From a bacterium (GTDB lineage: Bacteria; Actinomycetota; Acidimicrobiia; Acidimicrobiales; CATQHL01): a stretch of 64,000 nucleotides of DNA. Each line of letters opens with the position of its first letter. The stretch's first letter is position 1. Where the stretch lies: positions 29,400 through 93,399 of the forward strand of contig JAPOVS010000040.1 in NCBI GenBank assembly GCA_026708055.1, read 5' to 3'. Below are positions 56,998 through 64,000 of this stretch, piece by piece. The position numbers were made by a program, and so were the translations under genes. The notes under the pieces were generated by a model, which had not been told where the DNA came from, ran no database searches, and saw only the letters and a program-made list of their open reading frames with translations.

Positions 56998-58599
56998 TCA
57001 GGGCGCCCCCGCCAGACGCCAGCGGTTGAGCGGACTTCTACGGGACGGCTCGGTCTGTTCGATCTCTCCGGCCTTCTCGAGCCGGCGCAGGTGTTTGAGC
57101 GCTCCCTGCGGGGTCATGGCGAGAGCCTCAGCGAGCGTCCTCGTTGGAAGCGGACCGCCGGTCAACAAGTCCCGGATACGGTCACACGGGTCGGTCGCCG
57201 CTTCGCCACTTGAAGGAGGGGGCGGCATTCTGCCGGTCGCCGACATCTGCGCGCGGCGCCAGGGCTCGGTCTCGTCGCCGTCGGGTTCGGGCTGCGGAAA
57301 ATGCGGGTCCGCGTAGCCCGCAGACCGGATGGTCATCGTCGTCTCACTGATTCGGTCGGCCAGTTCGGGGGCCCCGGTGCCGGCGGCGCGGAGTTCGCGA
57401 GCGATGGCCACAAGCCCCGACCCGCGGTTCTCACAGACCGTGCGGTTCGTGCGAGGGATCTCGACGTCCTCGAGGAGTTTCGCCAGATACGAGTTGCGTG
57501 ACGAGCTCTGCGGCTCGGCGAACAGGCGCGCACGGTTGACGTCGCCGTGGAAACCGCCGGGGTTGGTGACCTCGAGACGGTCGGGGTAGGCCTCGATGCG
57601 TACCTGGGATCCGTGGGCGAGAGGGTGGTAGTCGCGGTGGAGCAGGGCGTTGACGACGATTTCCCGCACCACCTCGTCCGGATACTCCCAGACGTCCTGA
57701 CGGCCTTCACCGGAGACGACTGCCCGTCGCGTGCTGTTCCGTCGCACTGCGGCCTGCACCGCGGCGACCATTACAGGGATCGGGCCGTCGATCGATTCGT
57801 TGTCGAGGAACCGGGTGCCGTCGCCGAATGGGTCGCCGTTGATCGTCGGGAACGCAACGTACGTGACGTTCAGTTGCGGCAGGAACTGCTGCGGGTAGCG
57901 CCCGAGCGACATCAGGCCGGCCAAGGTGACGGAAGGCTCGGGGCCGTCGCCCACGAGGATGCGGAGCATGCGAAGGATCTCTTCGTCGTCAGCGTCTCTC
58001 AGTGCGCGTCCCCGTCGCCTGCGCATGCGAGTGAGCAGCGAGGCGAGCAGATCGTGATCCAAATCCGAACGTCGCGCACCGTCGACGACTGCGACATCGT
58101 CCAGCGGCTGCCCGCGCCCCGTCATCAGCACATGGAATTCATAGGTACTCAGCCGGCGGTCGCCGTCGTGGGTTCGGGTGTACGTTCCACCCTCAAGGCC
58201 GCGGTTCTTGACGTAGCAGGGTTTGCGACCCGCGGGCAGCTCGTCCACCAGCGCTGCCACCACCGGACTGCCGTCGACCTGCGCCATGTCGATGTCGGAG
58301 CGAATCGGCGGCTCGAGGTCTTCGGCGCAGGTCGAGGCGAGGTCATCGGCCAACCTGGCGGCATCCACGGGCACCGGGCGGAAGTCACCGTCGCTCAACC
58401 CCAGGATCACCACACCACCCTGCGTGTTGGCGAAGGCACACACGGAGTTGCGGACCGAACGCGGCAGTCCGCCTGCCGCCGCCTTGATCTCAACGCCGCG
58501 CAGGTCGGTGCCCGCCCCGCGAGCGCGCTGCACCGCTTCGTCAACCCAACCCTGGAGTTCGACGGGCGGACCGTCGCCGAACGCCCTCAAAGGTGTCAT
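56998..58599 (-). CDS. AlbA_2 (Schlafen-like divergent AAA) plus HATPase_c_4 plus C-terminal wHTH putative regulator
   Basis: The AlbA_2 domain is GVEIKAAAGGLPRSVRNSVCAFANTQGGVVILGLSDG. The HATPase_c_4 domain is REIVVNALLHRDYHPLAHGSQVRIEAYPDRLEVTNPGGF. The wHTH is TRTLAEALAMTPQGALKHLRRLEKAGEI. I chose ATG 58599 because the track start 58656 lies inside the repeat boxes. Confidence 0.8.
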   Translation of the reverse strand: MTPLRAFGDGPPVELQGWVDEAVQRARGAGTDLRGVEIKAAAGGLPRSVRNSVCAFANTQGGVVILGLSDGDFRPVPVDAARLADDLASTCAEDLEPPIRSDIDMAQVDGSPVVAALVDELPAGRKPCYVKNRGLEGGTYTRTHDGDRRLSTYEFHVLMTGRGQPLDDVAVVDGARRSDLDHDLLASLLTRMRRRRGRALRDADDEEILRMLRILVGDGPEPSVTLAGLMSLGRYPQQFLPQLNVTYVAFPTINGDPFGDGTRFLDNESIDGPIPVMVAAVQAAVRRNSTRRAVVSGEGRQDVWEYPDEVVREIVVNALLHRDYHPLAHGSQVRIEAYPDRLEVTNPGGFHGDVNRARLFAEPQSSSRNSYLAKLLEDVEIPRTNRTVCENRGSGLVAIARELRAAGTGAPELADRISETTMTIRSAGYADPHFPQPEPDGDETEPWRRAQMSATGRMPPPPSSGEAATDPCDRIRDLLTGGPLPTRTLAEALAMTPQGALKHLRRLEKAGEIEQTEPSRRSPLNRWRLAGAP

Positions 58600-58622
58600 T
58601 CCCACGGGCACAACGTTAGCGG

Positions 58623-58675
58623 GTTGTGAGACTTGAAACTCAGTTGTAAGTCTCACAACTATCGGTTGTGAGACT
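58623..58675. promoter_or_regulatory. three 11-bp boxes (GTTGTGAGACT direct/inverted/direct), a candidate operator
   Basis: Box 1 is 58623-58633 GTTGTGAGACT. Box 2 is 58649-58659 AGTCTCACAAC, its exact reverse complement. Box 3 is 58665-58675 GTTGTGAGACT. They lie 24-76 nt upstream of the regulator ATG, in the divergent spacer. Confidence 0.5.
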
Positions 58676-58955
58676 CAAAACCGGGTCATAAGCCGGTCAC
58701 TGCCCCGCTGGTCGCTCATCTGCACGGCTCAACGCCGGCAATTGCAGCACGGTCGCCTGCCGCAGACAGGCTCGAGGTCTCCCCAAGCCGGTCCAAGAGT
58801 CAAGCCGATGCCGGGACGCGAGCCCGACACGCGGGTTAGGCTTGCTCCCGCTCCGTCGAACCGTCGGCGCCTTGCCAGTGCCGCAGCGCCGCAAGCCGGC
58901 CAAGGCATCAGCCGATCCACGGCGACCACATGATCACGACCCCGACCCCCGTCAG

Positions 58956-59765
58956 ATGACACGACCCGACAACCTCGAGCAGGCCTTCGCCGAGGTGGAG
59001 CGAGAAGCCACCGCGGCTCTCGACTGCACCAAGAAGCTGCAGAGCCTGCTCCGACAACTCCACAAGAGTTCCCGGGAGGGGAACGTGGCCGCACTGAAGC
59101 GAGCGCAGGGCGGGCTCCTCGATGCGGCGACCGAACTGACCGGCGCTATCGCGGGCGCGGCCGACTCCTGGCCGTTCGGCGGCGAGGAGGACGTCGAGTA
59201 TCTCAGGCAGGGCTACGCGGCCGAGTTGCGGCGTGTGGCCGCCGAGCACGACCTCACCATCCACGAGGGCGACGCGCAGCTGATCTGTCATCCCTCGACG
59301 GTGCGAATCCTCCCAGGTGAGCGAGCCGTCCGCATCGACAGGAAGAAGGTCTCGACGATCAGGCCGTCTCACTTGGTCGCGCTGCTCCGGGAGAACCAGA
59401 AGAGGCCCGCCCGCTCCCGCCCCGAGCCGTTCCTGAAAGCACTCCACGATGTGTACACCGAGTTGACACCCAAGCCGCCCCGCGGTGCGGCCGCCCCCGC
59501 AGCCGGCCCCGTGATCCCTCTCGAGCGGATCTACAAACTCCTTGTCTCGCTGCCGGGCAGCCGGCGCGACTACACGCGCACCGATTTCGCTCGGGACATC
59601 TATCAGCTCGAAACCGCCGGCGTCACCGCGACGAAGTCGGGGGCAAGGGTCTCGTTCCCCGCCTCCACCGGCACCCGCGGCCCCAAGGGCCTGTTCACGT
59701 TCGTCGGCCCGGACGGCCGTGAAGTGAAGTACTACGCCATCCGCTTCGCCACGCAGGCCGACTGA
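58956..59765 (+). CDS. hypothetical protein (269 aa), first gene of the island-2 module
   Basis: Begins MTRPDNLEQAFAEVEREATAALDCTKKLQSLLRQLHKSS..., a helical or coiled N-terminus, then ...ICHPSTVRILPGERAVRIDRKKVSTIRPSHLVALL.... There is a TGATG overlap with the next gene. I recognise no domain. Confidence 0.7.
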   Translation: MTRPDNLEQAFAEVEREATAALDCTKKLQSLLRQLHKSSREGNVAALKRAQGGLLDAATELTGAIAGAADSWPFGGEEDVEYLRQGYAAELRRVAAEHDLTIHEGDAQLICHPSTVRILPGERAVRIDRKKVSTIRPSHLVALLRENQKRPARSRPEPFLKALHDVYTELTPKPPRGAAAPAAGPVIPLERIYKLLVSLPGSRRDYTRTDFARDIYQLETAGVTATKSGARVSFPASTGTRGPKGLFTFVGPDGREVKYYAIRFATQAD

Positions 59766-60742
59766 TGGAGAACACGATCGGCCTCCGGCAGTGGTTCGAG
59801 GTCATCGACACTGAGTACCTGTCGACGTTCATCCCCCAAGGCGGCGCCTCGGTCAAGTTCGCCGTCACACCGGAGCACTTGGACCCTGCCCTCTATGGGA
59901 CGATCGAGGCCCGCTGCGCGGCACTGGACCATCTCGTCGTGCGCTTGGACGCGCGGACCATGCGCGCCCACATGCCGCAGGATCTCTTCTTCGAGATGGC
60001 GCGCCAGCTCGACTGGCGGACGCTGGCACGGCGTTCGATTCTTGTACTGGCCTCCCAAGAGGGATATGCGGTGGAGGGAATCGACCCGAAAGCATCTGGG
60101 GTTTACGAGGCGATAGCGGAAGCCAACAATCACTCACCCGGCTCGGTGCGCCAGGATCTCCGGCCCGAGCTACAGCGCCACATCCGCTTCGACGCCGCCA
60201 TGGCCAAGGACTTCCGCGTGTGCATGAGCCATCTCTGTCTGCGGGAGTTCGTCCGCCACGAGTACACCGCACAGCCGTTGTTGGACTGGTTGACCGGTGA
60301 GAACCTACGCATCAGTGCGGTCAAAGATTTCTCCATCGCCGGAGGAATCAACCGCACCACCGCCCGCTATTTCATCGAGTCGTCCCTGCATTGGATCCGC
60401 AAAGCGGGATTCGCAGGCACGGTGGTCCTGTTCGACAATCGCCGGGTCACGCTCTCCCGCAACCCCAAGGACGGGAACCGGTACTACACGAGAGCGATGG
60501 CTCTTGATCATTACGAGTTGCTGAGGGAGTTCGTCGACGGCGTGGACCGTCTGAGCGGCGCTCTCATGCTGGTCGTGACAAGCAAGGAGTTTCTCAACCC
60601 ATCCGAGGAACGCCGATCGCGCGGCTACGGGATCTATCAGGCACTCCGAACCCGCGTCATGGACGACGTGCGTGACTCGAAAAGAGCGAATCCGGTGGCG
60701 TCGCTGGTCGAGCTGTCAGAGGAGATCGACCATGACTCCTGA
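59765..60742 (+). CDS. degenerate P-loop NTPase-fold protein, apparent inactive paralogue of the next gene
   Basis: FIPQGGASVKFAV sits at the Walker A position with the GK[ST] lost. GFAGTVVLFDNRRV sits at the Walker B position (hhhhDN rather than hhhhDE). It is roughly collinear by eye with the 60732 gene (GDFGAGKSHLL ... GWVVLLDEIELV). Confidence 0.7.
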   Translation: MENTIGLRQWFEVIDTEYLSTFIPQGGASVKFAVTPEHLDPALYGTIEARCAALDHLVVRLDARTMRAHMPQDLFFEMARQLDWRTLARRSILVLASQEGYAVEGIDPKASGVYEAIAEANNHSPGSVRQDLRPELQRHIRFDAAMAKDFRVCMSHLCLREFVRHEYTAQPLLDWLTGENLRISAVKDFSIAGGINRTTARYFIESSLHWIRKAGFAGTVVLFDNRRVTLSRNPKDGNRYYTRAMALDHYELLREFVDGVDRLSGALMLVVTSKEFLNPSEERRSRGYGIYQALRTRVMDDVRDSKRANPVASLVELSEEIDHDS

Positions 60743-62210
60743 CGCCGCCGATTACGATCCGCTCGAATGCCGCCGCGCCCTCGAGGCTCTCCGCAGCGGC
60801 GTGCCGAACAGGAACGCCGTGGCGATCCTGGGATGTCACCAGCCCGCGATCCAACGCCGCTTCGATGAGATGCTCACCGCCGCGGCCAGCACGGGCGACT
60901 CCGGCGGCAACGGCGGGGGGATGCTGGTCTCCGGCGACTTCGGTGCGGGAAAGTCCCACCTGCTCGCCCACCTCGAGCACGAGGCGCTGGCTCAGGGGTT
61001 CGTCTGCAGCACCGTGGCGGTCAGCAAGGAGACCCCCCTCTACAACCTGGACAAGGTGTTCAAGTCGGCGGTCGAGAACAGCCGCATGCCCGAACGCCGC
61101 GGGCGATTGATCGAGGAACTGGGGCAGGCGCTCGACACGCGATCCGAGCGGTATTCCGACTTCTTCCGCTGGTCGGACAGCGCCGCAAGCGGTCTCAACC
61201 CGATATTCCCGGCCAGCCTCCTCGTGTACGAACGCTCGGATGACCCCGAGCTGAGTAGGGAGATCGAGGACTTCTGGGCCGGGGATCGACTCCTCAAGTC
61301 AAGAGTCAATGCCGGCCTCAGAGAGATCGGCCAACTCGCGAACTATTCCTTCCGAGCAGCGAAGGCAGCGGAACTACCCCCGCAGCGACTGCAGTTCTTG
61401 GCGCAGCTCATCAGGGCCACGGGCCACAAGGGCTGGGTGGTTCTGCTCGACGAGATCGAACTGGTCGGCCAGTATTCGATCCTGCAGCGGGCAAGATCGT
61501 ATTCCGAGTTGGCCCGCTGGTTCGGACGCGTGGCGGGCCAGTCACACCCGGGACTCGCGGTCGTGGCGACGGTCACCGATGACTTCGCGCTGAAGATCAT
61601 CAGCCCCGACGGCACCAAGAAGGACCGTGACTACGTCGCAGCGAGGCTGGCGAGCCGGTACCAGCACCTGACCGGCCCGGCCGAGACCGGCATGGACACG
61701 CTCGAACGTGGAGCCGTGCCTCTGACCGAACCGAGCGATGACGACGTTGCCGCGACACTCGAGACCCTGCGGCGGCTCTACAGCAGGGCGTACGGCTGGA
61801 ACGCGTCCGACCTGCCGCCGGCGCGCCGCGGCGCCGGCGAGCAGAACCGCATGCGCTACCGGGTGCGGGCCGCGATCAGCGAATGGGATCTCCGTCGGCT
61901 CTACCCCGAGTACAAGCCGGAGATCGTGGAGGAGGAGTTCCGGCACAGTTACGAGGAGGATCCGGACCTGCAACGGGAATCGCCGGCGGGCGAGGAGGGC
62001 GATCCGACGAGAACCGCCGATGACGAGGATACCGTCGACCCGGGCCGCGAGTCGCCGGAGGTCGAGGAGGGCGACACCACGGACAGGGCGGGTCACGGGG
62101 AGAGCATCGAGCCCGGGCGGGAGTCGCTTTCCGAAGCCGACGCCCCCGTGGCCGGTGACTCAACCGCCGGCCCGCCTGCACCCCCCGGCGCAGCGATCGC
62201 TCCCGCCTGA
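60732..62210 (+). CDS. P-loop ATPase of the DUF2791/BrxD-like type with an acidic repetitive tail
   Basis: Contains ECRRALEALRSGVPNRNAV..., Walker A VSGDFGAGKSHLLAHL and Walker B GWVVLLDEIELVG. The C-terminal ~100 aa are acidic, with RESPxxEEGD-like repeats. There is an 11-nt overlap with the preceding gene, and GGAG lies before the ATG. Confidence 0.85.
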   Translation: MTPDAADYDPLECRRALEALRSGVPNRNAVAILGCHQPAIQRRFDEMLTAAASTGDSGGNGGGMLVSGDFGAGKSHLLAHLEHEALAQGFVCSTVAVSKETPLYNLDKVFKSAVENSRMPERRGRLIEELGQALDTRSERYSDFFRWSDSAASGLNPIFPASLLVYERSDDPELSREIEDFWAGDRLLKSRVNAGLREIGQLANYSFRAAKAAELPPQRLQFLAQLIRATGHKGWVVLLDEIELVGQYSILQRARSYSELARWFGRVAGQSHPGLAVVATVTDDFALKIISPDGTKKDRDYVAARLASRYQHLTGPAETGMDTLERGAVPLTEPSDDDVAATLETLRRLYSRAYGWNASDLPPARRGAGEQNRMRYRVRAAISEWDLRRLYPEYKPEIVEEEFRHSYEEDPDLQRESPAGEEGDPTRTADDEDTVDPGRESPEVEEGDTTDRAGHGESIEPGRESLSEADAPVAGDSTAGPPAPPGAAIAPA

Positions 62211-62218
62211 TCTCGGCC

Positions 62219-64000
62219 TTGCCGATCCCCTTCGACAATCCCGGCGAGGTCCCCGCGCCCGCCGATGTCATCGCCTGGATCCGTGTCATTGAGGAACCCG
62301 GCGGCGGAGTGCTCGCCGCGCTGTTCGCGACCTCGGTCGAGGGTGAGCCGTTGGGCTTCTGTTTCACAGGCGTCGGCCTCGGCGGCGAGCGCCACGGGAC
62401 CGTAGACTCTGACGCAGTCCCCTCGGCCCTCAAGATTCTGCTGCGATCCGCGGCGACCTCACCGGCGCTTCTCCTTGGACGGGCCGACGAAGTCCCGACA
62501 GCCCTCCTTGACTCGGTTGCACGGATCCGCGTCCCGTTCTGCCTGTTGGGATCGACCGACCGCCGACACGCCCCCGACGACGTCGCAGCCGACGGTGCCG
62601 GGATCTGGGTAGGGGCGCCGCCGTCGGGCGAAGCCGGCGCAAGACGGCTGCTTGAGACGGTCCTGGCGCCAGCCGACCCGACTGAGCCGCTCGAGCGGGC
62701 CGCCAAGGGTCTGAGCGAGGCGTTCGACGACCCCCAGGTTCGCGCTTTGGCGGCATTGCCTGGACTTGCCGCCGTGGTCAGCCTCCTCCCGGACGCCGAA
62801 GGCCACCAAACCCGCTCGTGGCCAGGGCTCGACGCCGGGCGGCCACTGCCTCACGATCGTGAACGCCGCGACGGCGAACCGGCTCGGGTCGATCCGATCA
62901 CGGGGGCACCGCCGGCGCTGGCGGACCGCCTGTGGGGCATCCTGCGGGCACCTGCGGCACATAGGGGTCACCCTGAGCATCTGGATTGGAGCGGCGACTT
63001 GATGCCTTTCCAGCGGGACGGGGTGGGCGCGCTCATGGCGAACAGCCGCCTGCTGCTGGCCGACGACATGGGGCTCGGCAAGACGGTGCAAGCCATCGCC
63101 GCGATTCGGATCCTGCGCGCCCGCCGCGAACTGGGCCCCTGCCTGGTCGTCGCGCCAGCCAGTGTTCTGGATCAGTGGCGTCGGGAGATCTCCCGCTGGG
63201 CGCCCGAACTCTCCGCCATCATCATCCGGGGCTCGGCTGCCGACCGGGAGTGGCAATGGGCCGCACGACCCGACGTGACCCTCGTCGGGTATGAGAGCCT
63301 GCGAGCCGACTTCGACGGCCAACTGAGCCGACGGGTCTGGGGTCTTGTCGTCGCGGACGAAGCCCAGCGCGTCAAGAACCGGAACGAAACCAGTGACATC
63401 CTCAAACAGTTGCCACGACGCCGCTCCTGGGCCCTGACCGGCACGCCGATCGAGAACGACGAAGAGGAGCTGGCTTCGATCCTGGAGTTCGTCGACCACG
63501 ACGAGCAAGGCGACCGCAGGCAGTACCGGCCCGGCCACGAGTTGCGGGAGCGCCACAGGGAACTGCAACTCCGCCGCAAGAAGGATGACGTCCTGGAGGA
63601 TCTGCCGCCGAAACTGGTGGCGAAGGTTCCCATCGAACTGAACGCCGCGCAGCGCCGGAGCTACGAGGTGGCCGAGCAGGAGGGAATCGTCTACCTGAAG
63701 TCCCTCGGCACCGAGGTGGGCGTCCAGCATGTACTCGAACTCATCACGCGCCTCAAGCAGATCTGCAACGCCGATCCCCGGACCGGCGAGTCGAGCAAGC
63801 TCGCCGACATCAGGGATCGATTGGATCAGCTGGTCGCCCAAGGCCACAAGGCCCTGGTCTTCTCCCAGTACACCGGCGAGGGCTTCGGTGTGGCGTTGGC
63901 GACAAAGTATCTGCGCGGCTTCGCACCGTTGGTCATCTCCGGGGAGGTGGCGCCGGAAGACCGGGCCGGCGTCATCGAACGGTTCAGGACCCGCCCCGAG
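62219..64000 (+). CDS. SNF2-family helicase with a ~260-aa N-terminal extension (3' end beyond the window; absent from the ORF track)
   Basis: The frame is open from 62159 to the window end. Motifs are LLADDMGLGKT (I), VVADEAQRVKN (II), ALTGTPIEN (III) and KALVFSQY (IV). Upstream of ATG 63002 the same frame stays open with coding-like GC3 (DVIAWIRVIEEPGGGVLAALFATSVEGEPLGFCF...). The first canonical starts are TTG 62219 and GTG 62309, so the start is uncertain. Confidence 0.85.
   Translation, partial: MPIPFDNPGEVPAPADVIAWIRVIEEPGGGVLAALFATSVEGEPLGFCFTGVGLGGERHGTVDSDAVPSALKILLRSAATSPALLLGRADEVPTALLDSVARIRVPFCLLGSTDRRHAPDDVAADGAGIWVGAPPSGEAGARRLLETVLAPADPTEPLERAAKGLSEAFDDPQVRALAALPGLAAVVSLLPDAEGHQTRSWPGLDAGRPLPHDRERRDGEPARVDPITGAPPALADRLWGILRAPAAHRGHPEHLDWSGDLMPFQRDGVGALMANSRLLLADDMGLGKTVQAIAAIRILRARRELGPCLVVAPASVLDQWRREISRWAPELSAIIIRGSAADREWQWAARPDVTLVGYESLRADFDGQLSRRVWGLVVADEAQRVKNRNETSDILKQLPRRRSWALTGTPIENDEEELASILEFVDHDEQGDRRQYRPGHELRERHRELQLRRKKDDVLEDLPPKLVAKVPIELNAAQRRSYEVAEQEGIVYLKSLGTEVGVQHVLELITRLKQICNADPRTGESSKLADIRDRLDQLVAQGHKALVFSQYTGEGFGVALATKYLRGFAPLVISGEVAPEDRAGVIERFRTRPE

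Noticed and set aside
58956-59765. I tried to read gene 1 of the island-2 module as a TerB-N/TerB-C protein, which would make the locus a standard Shango-like system. I also tried BrxA and BrxB.
   Set aside because: I could not identify any signature of those families by eye. I left it as hypothetical and flagged profile searches as the decisive test.

Overview
A 64 kb segment of a very GC-rich, Actinomycetota-type chromosome. All composition statements here are by eye, not computed. From 1 to 21 kb, almost all on the minus strand, lies the conserved housekeeping block known from mycobacteria. In transcription order it runs rsmI, metG, tatD, rpf, rsmA, ispE, tRNA-Gln, glmU, prs, rplY/ctc, pth, mfd, mazG, eno and ftsB. 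A small plus-strand ORF for ribosomal protein bS22, absent from the ORF track, sits between ispE and tRNA-Gln. A coxS/coxM/MoxR/VWA set follows the block. Accessory island 1 (21.2-29.6 kb, visibly lower GC) holds a 968-aa N6-adenine methyltransferase fusion. It also holds a convergent, translationally coupled operon of 152 aa and 1462 aa, possibly followed by a 112-aa ORF, with no domain I can recognise. Next come fpg and a selD that is interrupted by an in-frame TGA exactly at the catalytic Cys/Sec position. After that are lipid, transport and housekeeping genes: plsY-like, MFS, degV, map, a crotonase and acuI-like. A 4.6 kb islet (40.8-45.4 kb) is bracketed by a 74-bp direct repeat of the 3' end of an SDR gene. 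It carries a Uma2 nuclease, a DUF433/DUF5615 toxin-antitoxin pair and an RCC1-repeat secreted protein whose SD+ATG is uncoupled from the body by a C12 tract. A roughly 9.7 kb operon (45.4-55.2 kb) encodes two HyuA/HyuB (hydantoinase/oxoprolinase-type) pairs, a small Cys-rich protein and two SDRs, with a divergent ScfR-type regulator. Accessory island 2 (57-64 kb) has an AlbA_2/HATPase_c_4 regulator and, divergent from it, a tightly coupled four-gene module. That module is an unknown protein, a degenerate plus an intact BrxD/DUF2791-like ATPase, and an SNF2 helicase with a long unannotated N-terminal extension running off the window. Islands 1 and 2 are my best candidates for undescribed (defence-like) systems. 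Many long ORFs in the track are GC-driven antisense artefacts, and several true genes needed start trimming.
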